A stretch of DNA of 40,715 nt from a virus (IMGVR_UViG_3300036783_000172:1-40715), one strand, 5' to 3'. Counted from the first letter of the stretch, positions 18,154-26,828 are shown. Program-made: numbers and translations. Notes: generated by a model from the sequence alone, not told the origin.

Positions 18154-20028
18154 CTACTTGCCGCCGCCCATGTTCTCGGCGCGCTTGGCGAACGCCATCG
18201 CGCGGGCATCGGGGAAGCCGCGGGCCTTCAGCTTCTTGTAGATCGCCTGGCCCTTGGGGCCGAGGCCGTTGCTGCCCTTGTCATCGCTGTCAGAGCCGTT
18301 GCTGGTCGCGCGGGGGCCGTCACTGGAGCCCATCGTGGGCGTGGCGAGGGCCCGGACAGCCGGGATTCCGAACTGCTGCATGAGCTGTGTCTGCCGGGGG
18401 GCTGGCTGCAGTGGCTCCCCGGCAGACGCTGGGCGGTGCCGGTCGGTCAGGGCGCCCTTGTTGTGGGTGCCGATGATGTCGGCGAGCGCGGTGCGCTGGT
18501 GGTTGCGGGGGGCCAGGGCCCGGCCACCGACGGTGGCGACCCAGCCGCCCTGCTCGGTGCGGGTCATGGTGCCGATCTCGGCGCCGCCGTTGCGGTGCCG
18601 GATGATCACGTTGCCGTCCTCGCCGCGGGACACGATGATGTCGCCGGGCGAGCTGACGGGCTGGATGGTGGGCATGGCGAACTCCATCGCGTTGCTGAGA
18701 TTCATGCCGTGAGAATGGCCAATGCCGGGCTCAACAAGCTGGTTGCCCTGGCCGCGCGGTGCGGCCAGCATCGCGTGCATACGCTCGTGCTGGGTAACGA
18801 GCGCCGCCTTCCCGCGGGCAGTGCGTGAAGTGCCCCGGAGTGCAGGTGGTGAGGGAGCACCACTGTGGTAGTTCTCTAGGTGTGACCGGAGCTGGTCAAC
18901 CGTCATCGAGTGGGCTGGCGGCTTGTCGTCGGGGAGTCCCCTGCCGCCGACGGTGGACGCCCACTTGCCGCCCTTGCCGCGCAGCTCGTGCTCCCAGCTG
19001 GCGAACTCCAGTGCCGGTCCGGTGTTGGAGGCCGCCAGCCACGAGCCCTTGATCTTGCTGGTCTTGCCGAACTCGCTGGCCGTTTTGAGCAGCAGGGCCT
19101 TGAGCGCCGCACGCCGGGCCGGGCTGCCGGCGCGGCCGACCGCCTCAAAGGCTTTCTGCCAGTGCTTCGCGTCGGTGACGGGGAACCCGGGCGGGCCGCC
19201 GGGGCGGGCCGGGGGCAGAGCGTGGCCGGACTTCAGTGCCGCCCGGCGCCCAGCTGCGGTCTCCGACGCCTTGCCGGTCGGTGCCTTGCCACCCGGCTTG
19301 GCGGGTGCTGGGCTCGGCTGAGTGAAGCTGGGCATCGTGCGCTGGGTCACGCCGTTGCGGGATCCGACCTGCCTGCCCGCGCTGTCCCGGCCCACGCCGC
19401 CGGGGATTGAGGTGCCCTTGGTGGTGCCAGGCGCTGGCTTGCTGCGGGCTGGCCTGCTGCGGGTGCCCCGGCCGGGGGTGCGGGCGGCGATGCCGCGGTG
19501 CATCGCGGCCATCTGCAGGTGGTGGGTCTTCTCTGCCGGGGTCCGCGCCTGGTACCTGGCTGCGGCTGTGTGCAGCTTCGCGGCGGTCAGGTGCTGGTAG
19601 TCGGACGCCCTCTTGCCACGCAGGGATGCGGTCACCTTGTCGGCGACCTGGCCGATGTTGCCCGAGTGCCGGGCGTTGGCGTCCCCGAACCCTTTGGTGA
19701 CCAGCCGGTTGGTGCGCGTCCGCGATGCCTGGCTGATCGCGTGCAGGTTGGCGATCTCGGTGTTCTCCAGGCCCCGCATGTGCTGGCGCCCGCGGACTGC
19801 CTGGGCGTTGTCCATCTCGGCGGCACTGCGGAACCGGGCCTTGCCGAGAGACTTCATCTTCGCCGACGGCGGGCGCAGCGGCGGCTTGGTTACCCCGGCC
19901 GCCTTCTCCGCGGCGTTCTCCAGGCCGCGCATGTGCATGCGGCCGGTTCCGATGCCTGGGTTGAGCAGGATCCAGCCGTGCCGGTAGCGGTATGGCTTAC
20001 CGGCTAGGTCGATCTGTTCGGATGGCAA
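18154..20028 (-). CDS. Basic multi-module protein, putative head-cargo polyprotein
   Basis: IDLA-KPYRYRHGWI, DUF6582-like FPVTDAKHW module, LEFA-SWEHELRGKGGKW tag, His-rich module; TTG start. Confidence 0.75.
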   Translation of the reverse strand: MPSEQIDLAGKPYRYRHGWILLNPGIGTGRMHMRGLENAAEKAAGVTKPPLRPPSAKMKSLGKARFRSAAEMDNAQAVRGRQHMRGLENTEIANLHAISQASRTRTNRLVTKGFGDANARHSGNIGQVADKVTASLRGKRASDYQHLTAAKLHTAAARYQARTPAEKTHHLQMAAMHRGIAARTPGRGTRSRPARSKPAPGTTKGTSIPGGVGRDSAGRQVGSRNGVTQRTMPSFTQPSPAPAKPGGKAPTGKASETAAGRRAALKSGHALPPARPGGPPGFPVTDAKHWQKAFEAVGRAGSPARRAALKALLLKTASEFGKTSKIKGSWLAASNTGPALEFASWEHELRGKGGKWASTVGGRGLPDDKPPAHSMTVDQLRSHLENYHSGAPSPPALRGTSRTARGKAALVTQHERMHAMLAAPRGQGNQLVEPGIGHSHGMNLSNAMEFAMPTIQPVSSPGDIIVSRGEDGNVIIRHRNGGAEIGTMTRTEQGGWVATVGGRALAPRNHQRTALADIIGTHNKGALTDRHRPASAGEPLQPAPRQTQLMQQFGIPAVRALATPTMGSSDGPRATSNGSDSDDKGSNGLGPKGQAIYKKLKARGFPDARAMAFAKRAENMGGGK

Positions 20029-20145
20029 TGCCCCGCCCCTGCGTCCAGGAGGCTGACACCGGGCGGGGAACCGGCTCTGTTGGGGCTGATGTTACATGCG
20101 GGACGGCTGTGGTGCGAGATCAAGGAAGCGATTCGTGACATGGAG

Positions 20146-20178
20146 CGGCCCCCGGTCCGGGTCCAGGAGCGGGGGCCG
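20146..20178 (-). terminator. GC-rich hairpin after the lectin gene (probable terminator)
   Basis: CGGCCCCCG (20146-54) pairs with CGGGGGCCG (20170-78), 15 nt past the stop. Confidence 0.55.
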
Positions 20179-20193
20179 GTCTCTAAGCGGGGC

Positions 20194-20739
20194 TCAGCTG
20201 GTGAACGTCCAGCGCTTGTTCAGCGCCGTGCCCGTGCCGACACTGCGGGCCTGCACCATGCCGCTGGCGTTGGTCATCGCCAGGCCGGTCGCGTCGTTCA
20301 CCCAGTTGAAACCACTGGCCTGGGCGGCCGGGGTCCAGCGCTGGTTCTGGCTGCCGACGCAGCGCTGCAGGGTGAGCTGTGACTTGGTACCGCCGGTCTC
20401 GGTCACGCACAGGTTCGAGAGCACGCCGCGCGGCGCCCACTTGAAGATCTTGTCGTTGTTGACGGGGTTGACCGGGTTGCGCTGGTCGAAGTCCTGGCGC
20501 AGTGACACGGCGGGCGTGACCGCGACCAGCGGGGTGCCCGCCTTCACCTGGGCGGCCGGGGCCCCGACGGCGAGCGCGGCCGGTGCGGCCTGGACGGTGG
20601 ACTGCCCACCGCAGAAGCCGCCGTCGCCGCTCGCGCAGGCATTGGTGACGGCCCCCGCTGGAATAGCGAACGCCATCAGGCCAGCTGTGGCCAGCGATGC
20701 CGCGAGCGGCACCAGTGTCATGATCCTGATCCTCTTCAT
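20194..20739 (-). CDS. Secreted ricin-B (beta-trefoil) lectin-like protein
   Basis: Sec signal peptide (MKRIR...AIPAGA); LCV...LQRC...QNQRW QxW repeats. Confidence 0.7.
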   Translation of the reverse strand: MKRIRIMTLVPLAASLATAGLMAFAIPAGAVTNACASGDGGFCGGQSTVQAAPAALAVGAPAAQVKAGTPLVAVTPAVSLRQDFDQRNPVNPVNNDKIFKWAPRGVLSNLCVTETGGTKSQLTLQRCVGSQNQRWTPAAQASGFNWVNDATGLAMTNASGMVQARSVGTGTALNKRWTFTS

Positions 20740-20814
20740 CGAGCAGCCCTTTCCCGTAACAGACAGATGCTTTTGCCCCGACAGCATGACAGACGCCCAG
20801 CCGGCAGGTGAGGT

Positions 20815-21348
20815 TTACCGGCCATCGAACTTCATGACCACCAGGTCGTAGTGCATCGGCCGGGCGATCACCACCCAGTGCGCGCCGCGGACCGGGGCGG
20901 CCAGGCTGTTGACGGTGATCAGCACCGCACCCGGCGCCAGCTGAGCCTGCACCCGCAGCTCCAGGTCTATCTCGGCCTGGGCATCAGACAGCGGGTGGTT
21001 GAGGAACACGATCCCGGCGCCGGACACGTCGGTCTCGCGGACATCGCCCAGCTCGACCGGTGCCCCCAGTCGCTTGGCCTCGGCCAGGTAGTCAGCGCAG
21101 TTCTCGATGCCCCTGGCTTCGAGCCCCATCACCTCGGCGGCCAGGCACTTGGTGCCGATCCCGGCACCCAGCTCCAGGTAGGGGCCCTTGCTGTAGCGCA
21201 TCGCCAGGTGCAGCAGGGTCAGGAACCTGGCGTAGGGATAGGGCACCCAGCCGATACAGCCGGGCTGGACGTCCTGGCGGGCCTTGCGCCACCAGTCCCG
21301 CTCCAGCTGGACCCAGGTCTCCGACGGGTCAGAGCAGGCGGGAGACAC
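20815..21348 (-). CDS. Class I SAM-dependent methyltransferase
   Basis: LELGAGIG (motif I), GIE, GD, IVFLNHP, L.PGA.LI. Confidence 0.85.
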   Translation of the reverse strand: MSPACSDPSETWVQLERDWWRKARQDVQPGCIGWVPYPYARFLTLLHLAMRYSKGPYLELGAGIGTKCLAAEVMGLEARGIENCADYLAEAKRLGAPVELGDVRETDVSGAGIVFLNHPLSDAQAEIDLELRVQAQLAPGAVLITVNSLAAPVRGAHWVVIARPMHYDLVVMKFDGR

Positions 21349-21502
21349 TGAGCCCGGCGTCCTGAATCTCGCGCAGCTCCTGGCCGGTGGCATCGCGGGC
21401 CAGCTCGTTCAGCTGTCCCTTGCCCTGCTGGGCCCGCTTGTCCGGGTCATCGAACACCCAGCGCACGATCTGTGCGGCCTGCTGTCCCTTGGGTGTCGTC
21501 AT
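21329..21502 (-). CDS. Small protein coupled to the metallopeptidase gene
   Basis: ATGA overlap with 21499..23382; RBS AAGGAG; 57 aa. Confidence 0.6.
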   Translation of the reverse strand: MTTPKGQQAAQIVRWVFDDPDKRAQQGKGQLNELARDATGQELREIQDAGLSVSRLL

Positions 21503-23382
21503 GACTGCTCCTTCCACTGGTTGATCAGCTCCTGTGCGGCGATCATGACCGCCTGCGGGCTCTCAGTTGCATCCACCGGCCAGTCATTTTCGATAGCCTT
21601 GGCCAGTCTCTCCACGAGAGGCCCAGTAGCGGTGATCTGGGCGTCAGCGGGCACGCCCATCGCCCGCATGATCTGGCGGGCCATGGCCGGGAACTTGCCG
21701 GCCGCGCCCTCGCGGTTCACCTCGTCGGACAGCTCGACCGCGCGGGCCACGCCGGGGCCGCCGGGGTAGTCGGGGTCCAGGCCCTCGAAGCGGGCCACGC
21801 CGTTCACCCAGGCCTGCGCCGCGTTGGTCTCCCACTTGTAGTGGCCCCAGCCACCGCTGGAGATCCGGGCCGGGTGGCTGGCGATCTGCTCGGCGTACTC
21901 GCGCATTGTCAGGTTGCGGACGTCGGCCGGGTCCACGTTGAGGGTGTGCATGTAGCCGTAGATCCTCGCGCTGAGCGCCGGGTAGCTGGGCTGGAGGGCC
22001 GCCGCCGCCGTGGCGAGGCTGGTGGCTATCACCTCGGTGTCCGGCGAGCCAGGTGCGAACATGGCCCATTTGGCATTGCTCAGCGCGGTGTAGGCGGTCA
22101 TCGTGCCTGGGCCGCCCGGCACGTTGCCGGCCTCCCGCTCCAGATCCTGGAGGGTCTGCTGGTTGTCGTACAGGGCCTGCTTGCTGAACTTGGCGGCGAA
22201 CGCCTGCGGGTTCACCACGTCCATCGTCGTGGTCGGCTTGCCGGAGATGCCGGCGGCATCCATCCACTGCGGCATGTGGTAGTTGGTGCCCAGCTCGGTG
22301 AAGCCTTCCTCGGCCCGGCTGACCCGGTAGCGCTGGTACGCCTTCTGGTGCTGGCTGGTGTCGGTGGCGCCACTGGCCCGGGTCGCATACGCCAGCTGAG
22401 TGAGACCGTAGGCGGCCTTGCCGTTGTAGGTCTGGTCCGGGGTCAGCTTGATCACAAAGCCGCGCCTGGCCAAATCGTCCAGCTCGGCCTCGGTGATCTC
22501 GGCATCATGCGGGTTCCGGTAGATGTTGAGCCGGTCGAGCGTGTACCGGGCGCTCATCAGGTCAGACATCGAGCCGCCCAGGCTGAGCCGGTCCATGACG
22601 TCCAGGATTTCGTCGTCGCGCTCGGTGCGGCCGGACTTCGAGCGTGCGGTGACCAGCGGCACCTGGACCCCGTGGATCAGCTCGTGCGCGGAGACAGCCA
22701 GCTCGGGGGTGGGCTCGGACGGGCCGGTGGCGTCCAGGACGCCGCGCACCACCTTGGCCGTGTCATCGGACATGGCGAACTCGCCGCCCCAGCCCATCGA
22801 GGCCGCCACCGACGGGTCGGTGTTCTGGTCGAAGATCCTGACGTCCCGGCCGTTCCACCCCTCGGCACCACCTCCGAGCCAGTGCGGTGCCTCCTGCGCA
22901 GCTGGCCTGTTGGCTGATGCCATCCTGTCGCCGAGCGAGGTCTTCTCGGTGTAGTGCTCCTCGATCGCCTCGGCCAGTGCCCGGTAGCTCTTAGCCGCCT
23001 GACTCCGGCTGCCCGGCTTCATCTCCGCATCGGCCGCGTCAGCCGCCTTGAACAGGTGGCTGCCTGCGGCCAGCCAGTCGTCAACGTGCAGCGCCGATCC
23101 GGCGTTGACCAGATGCACGATCCGGTCCGGGCCGTGAGCCCGGCTGATCATCTGGGCCAGCTTGGCTTCCAGCTGCCGCTTGCTGTACCCGGCGCCGGGG
23201 ATCACCTGGGCGCTGGCCGACCGCACCCATTCACCGTGCGGGCCGCGCAGCTCATGCCGCCAGGCGTCATGCCAGCCGGCCAGCTCCACGGCCAGGCCGT
23301 CGACCGGGCAGCCGCAGTGCGGACAGGCGAGGTCTAGCGCGTCATCACCGAGCCCGGTGGGCATCATTCCGGCCATTGCCAT
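21499..23382 (-). CDS. Tagged zincin-like metallopeptidase protein
   Basis: VELA...WRHELRGPHGEW N-terminal tag; AHELIHG and a later EEGFTE. Confidence 0.75.
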   Translation of the reverse strand: MAMAGMMPTGLGDDALDLACPHCGCPVDGLAVELAGWHDAWRHELRGPHGEWVRSASAQVIPGAGYSKRQLEAKLAQMISRAHGPDRIVHLVNAGSALHVDDWLAAGSHLFKAADAADAEMKPGSRSQAAKSYRALAEAIEEHYTEKTSLGDRMASANRPAAQEAPHWLGGGAEGWNGRDVRIFDQNTDPSVAASMGWGGEFAMSDDTAKVVRGVLDATGPSEPTPELAVSAHELIHGVQVPLVTARSKSGRTERDDEILDVMDRLSLGGSMSDLMSARYTLDRLNIYRNPHDAEITEAELDDLARRGFVIKLTPDQTYNGKAAYGLTQLAYATRASGATDTSQHQKAYQRYRVSRAEEGFTELGTNYHMPQWMDAAGISGKPTTTMDVVNPQAFAAKFSKQALYDNQQTLQDLEREAGNVPGGPGTMTAYTALSNAKWAMFAPGSPDTEVIATSLATAAAALQPSYPALSARIYGYMHTLNVDPADVRNLTMREYAEQIASHPARISSGGWGHYKWETNAAQAWVNGVARFEGLDPDYPGGPGVARAVELSDEVNREGAAGKFPAMARQIMRAMGVPADAQITATGPLVERLAKAIENDWPVDATESPQAVMIAAQELINQWKEQS

Positions 23383-23392
23383 CTCCCTGTGC

Positions 23393-24487
23393 CTATGGGG
23401 ACAGGGTACCCGCCAGCTGCCGGGCCAGCGAGTCTTCCGCGGCCAGCTCGATCTGACCGGCCAGGGAGCCCTCGGACAGCAGCTCGGCGATCTGGGCGGC
23501 CAGCGCGCTGACGCCCTGCTGCAGCGGGATGTGGTGCTCGGCGGCGTAGGCGAGCCACAGCCGCCAGTCCTTCGCCTCCGCAGCCAGCCGTCCCTTGGCG
23601 TGGCCGACGGTCGCCGACTGGGCCTGGTCGAGCGCCTGGTTGGCCATCACCTGCGCCACCCAGGTGATCGCCTGCAACTCGTGCGGCTTCATCAGCTTGC
23701 CTTCGCGCAGGCTGATCTCGTGAGCGGCCTGCCGGTACTGGTCGCCGACGTACTCGTGCGCCCGCACGTCGCTGCCGATCGGCGGGGTGTCTTCCGGGCC
23801 CAGCTTCTGCCGGGCCTTGTCGGTCTTGTAGGTGGCGCCGCGGATGTTGCCTCCCGCGGCCACGTTGAGCGCGTGGGCGTCGATCACCACGTGCCCGTAG
23901 GGATCGTCGGGGGCGTCATCGCCGAGCGCGATCAGGTGTGCGAAGCTGCGGGTCTTCGGGCTGACCAGCACCTGGTCGATGTGCTCCCCGTCCAGGGCGC
24001 GCTGGGCCTTGTTCACCTGGTCTTGGCTGATCAGCCCGTCACCTTTGGCCACCGGCTTGCGGTCGTGGGCGGCACGGGCCGCGTTGAACATATTCAGCGG
24101 CCACGCCGCCTGCGGGCTGTAGTTGGCCAGCAGGATCGCGCCCTCTTCCGCGTTGCCGTTGGAGAGCGCCTTAGCCAGCAGGTGGGCGTCGGCATACCAG
24201 CGCCGGGCCTGGTTGCGGGCAGGCTCGGGGATCGCATCGTAGGCGTCGATGATGTTCTTCGGGCTGACCGGGTGCTTCTGGAAGAACGGGTGGTCGGCCG
24301 GGTTGGGGTAGTCGGCTTTCGGGTTGAACAGCCGCTCAGGTGGTGGGACCGCGTACCGGTGGATGCCGGTGCCCACCTTGTCGGTGGGACTGTGGACCCA
24401 CTCGCCGCCGGGCCCCCGCAGCTCATGCAGCCAGGCACCACCGGACGCCAGCTCGACCACGGCCAGCTGCTCGGCCAGGCTGGTCAT
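23393..24487 (-). CDS. Tagged HhH-glycosylase-like protein (DUF7178-like)
   Basis: VELA...WLHELRGPGGEW tag; RRWY, YSPQ..W..N, PKT.SF, VVIDAHA, LQAITW. Confidence 0.7.
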   Translation of the reverse strand: MTSLAEQLAVVELASGGAWLHELRGPGGEWVHSPTDKVGTGIHRYAVPPPERLFNPKADYPNPADHPFFQKHPVSPKNIIDAYDAIPEPARNQARRWYADAHLLAKALSNGNAEEGAILLANYSPQAAWPLNMFNAARAAHDRKPVAKGDGLISQDQVNKAQRALDGEHIDQVLVSPKTRSFAHLIALGDDAPDDPYGHVVIDAHALNVAAGGNIRGATYKTDKARQKLGPEDTPPIGSDVRAHEYVGDQYRQAAHEISLREGKLMKPHELQAITWVAQVMANQALDQAQSATVGHAKGRLAAEAKDWRLWLAYAAEHHIPLQQGVSALAAQIAELLSEGSLAGQIELAAEDSLARQLAGTLSP

Positions 24488-26412
24488 AGTGCCTTGATCT
24501 GGGCCCTGATCGCCGCCAGCTCGGCCCGCAGCGCGTTGATCTTGGCGTGGATGGTGGCCGGGCTCATCTTGTGTGCAGTGGTACTGGACGCTCGTTTAGC
24601 CTTACTGGACGCTGCCTTGCGCGCTGCCGCTGCCTTGGCCGACGCCGCCGTAGCACCCTTCTTGCGGGGTGTGACCGACTTGTGACTGGCCGCGTGGTGC
24701 TGGGGCAGCATGGCCAGCAGCGCCAGAATCTGGGCGTGGATGGCGTGGGCCCTCTTCTGCAGCTTGGCCCGCTGCACCAGCCGGGCCCTGCTGCCCGCCG
24801 TCTTGCCGGCCATCCCCTTGCCCGCGCCCGGCTGCTTGCCCTGCGCCTGCCCGGCACCGCTGGCTGTGGTGAACTTGCCGGTCGGCGCGTGGTAGGGGTT
24901 GAACAGCTCGATCACCGCAGCTGCCGGGTCCGCGGTGTGCGCGTGGGCTGACGCCGCCTTGGCTGCCTCACCGGCCAGCGCCCCGCCAGCAGCAGCCTGG
25001 ACCTCGGGGTGGACGCCGCCGCCGCCGCGGCGCCACTTGCGCAGCGCACCGTAGGCAACCGCGTAGGCCTTGTCCGGCGCCATGCCACGCTTCTCGATCA
25101 GCGCCTTGACCACCTGCTGGAAGTAGGACGTGTGCCCGAGCCCCTTCTGGTGGTACAGCCCCGGGCCGCCGGGCCGGCCACGCGGTGCCGGGGTGACCGC
25201 GAGCATTCCTGTCCGGGCGGACAGCTCGACCGCCTGGCTGACCTCTTCCCAGCTGCTGTAGCCCATGGAATGCGGGGCCCCCTTCACCCGGCCGCGGGCG
25301 ATGCGCTCCGGCCCGGTGAGCCCCATCCGCCCCCGCTGGCCCGGGGTGAACGCCGGGGCGCTGAGCGCGGCCTGGACGTCGCGGGCCGCCCGCATCCGGC
25401 CGTAGGCGCTGTCCGCCCCGCCGCCGGACACGATGTGGTGGTGGTTCTGGGCGAACGGCATCTGCCGGTGCAGCTGGGCGTGGCGGGCCAGCAGATGCTC
25501 GTTGGACTGGTCGGGGAACGAGTGCCCGAACCCGTGCGCGTTCTCCAGGTGCGTGCGGATGTTCTCCAGAGTGGCCGGGCCCGCTGACCACTTGCCGGTG
25601 TGCGGGTCGCGGGTCTCGTGCTCCCACGCCATCGCCGGGAACGCCAGCTCCAGCTCGTTGGCCAGGCTGCTGTAGGCCTTGAACGGGGACCGGCTGTACG
25701 GCTGGTGGGGGACCGGCGCCGGGTGCGTTGCGGGCTTGATCCGCACCACCGGGATCGCACCCGAGTGCCGGGCGATGACCTGGCCCGAGTTGTGGTTGTA
25801 GATCCCGGTGACGATCTCACCTTTGCCGGTCAGGCCGTGGACCATCTTGCCGTGTAGCGCCCGGGCACTGGCCCCGCCGTGGACGCTGGCCCACTCACCG
25901 GTTGGCAGCCGGGGCTCGGTCTTCCACCCGAACGCCAGCTCTATCGCCGAGTCAACATCGGCCCAGCTGGAGTAGGTGCGGGCCACCTGCAGCTGCGGCG
26001 GGACAGGGCGCGTCCCAGTGTCATTGACCCCGCGCCCTGTCCCGTCTCGCCCGGCAGCTGCTGTCTGCCGGGCTCTCTCCCGCAGATTCTCATTACGGGC
26101 CCGCACGTCCTCGATGTCCTGGACCTGCAGCCTCATCCGGTGGATCTGGTGCATGTGGTGCTTGGCCGTTGCGTGGCCTTCGTCGTCAGTGATCCCGTGC
26201 CGGATCAGGTTGCGCGGGGTCAGCACCTCCATCGCCGCGTCCAGGTGCCGCTTGGCCGCGTCGGTGTGGCCGGCCTGCAGCATCCGGGCCGCGTCCCGCA
26301 GGTGGCCGCCGGTCACCGTTTCCGGGTGATGATGGTCCACCAGCTGGGCGGTCCTGCGGATCCCGCCGGCGGTCGCGGCCTTCATCGGCCCGGTCTGGCG
26401 CATGCTGACCAT
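24484..26412 (-). CDS. Basic His-rich multi-module protein, putative head-cargo polyprotein
   Basis: Four internal E-L-[ASF] boundaries, three preceded by YSS; three W/F..G[EK][WF] tags. Confidence 0.75.
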   Translation of the reverse strand: MVSMRQTGPMKAATAGGIRRTAQLVDHHHPETVTGGHLRDAARMLQAGHTDAAKRHLDAAMEVLTPRNLIRHGITDDEGHATAKHHMHQIHRMRLQVQDIEDVRARNENLRERARQTAAAGRDGTGRGVNDTGTRPVPPQLQVARTYSSWADVDSAIELAFGWKTEPRLPTGEWASVHGGASARALHGKMVHGLTGKGEIVTGIYNHNSGQVIARHSGAIPVVRIKPATHPAPVPHQPYSRSPFKAYSSLANELELAFPAMAWEHETRDPHTGKWSAGPATLENIRTHLENAHGFGHSFPDQSNEHLLARHAQLHRQMPFAQNHHHIVSGGGADSAYGRMRAARDVQAALSAPAFTPGQRGRMGLTGPERIARGRVKGAPHSMGYSSWEEVSQAVELSARTGMLAVTPAPRGRPGGPGLYHQKGLGHTSYFQQVVKALIEKRGMAPDKAYAVAYGALRKWRRGGGGVHPEVQAAAGGALAGEAAKAASAHAHTADPAAAVIELFNPYHAPTGKFTTASGAGQAQGKQPGAGKGMAGKTAGSRARLVQRAKLQKRAHAIHAQILALLAMLPQHHAASHKSVTPRKKGATAASAKAAAARKAASSKAKRASSTTAHKMSPATIHAKINALRAELAAIRAQIKAL

Positions 26413-26456
26413 TGTGACTCCCGTGACGGGTGTTACAACAGCCTACGGGCCAAAGG

Positions 26457-26828
26457 TCAGGGCGCGGGCGGTGCCGGGGGAACCTCGGCGGCCTCGGCGT
26501 CGGCCTGCGACTGGGCAGCGGCGACCGCGGCGTCCAGCTTGCCCTGCTCGGCCGAGAGGGCGTCCAGCGTGGCCTGGCTCACGTTGCCGCTGCTGGCCTG
26601 GGCCTCGGCGAGCAGCGTGGCCACCGTGGCCGAGACCGACTGCATGACTGCGGCCAGCGCGCTGATGTCGGCGTCCTCGCGGGCTACTGCGGCCTGGACA
26701 GCTGCGTCCTCGCTCATGATGACTCCCAGTCTGCTGTTGATCTTCGTCTGGTTGGCCAGGACCGCCGCCAGCTGCTGCTTGATGGTTGCCAGGTTGCTGG
26801 CGACCGTATTGGTGGAGTCCCAGAGCAC
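26457..26828 (-). CDS. Ala-rich coiled-coil hypothetical protein
   Basis: Heptad pattern, Pro-rich tail; likely leaderless GTG start. Confidence 0.7.
   Translation of the reverse strand: MLWDSTNTVASNLATIKQQLAAVLANQTKINSRLGVIMSEDAAVQAAVAREDADISALAAVMQSVSATVATLLAEAQASSGNVSQATLDALSAEQGKLDAAVAAAQSQADAEAAEVPPAPPAP

Noticed and set aside
18154-26412. Diversity-generating retroelement or CRISPR-like explanation for the repeated tags
   Set aside because: Repeats are conserved in protein rather than DNA; no reverse transcriptase, no adenine-specific variation, no regular repeat-spacer array
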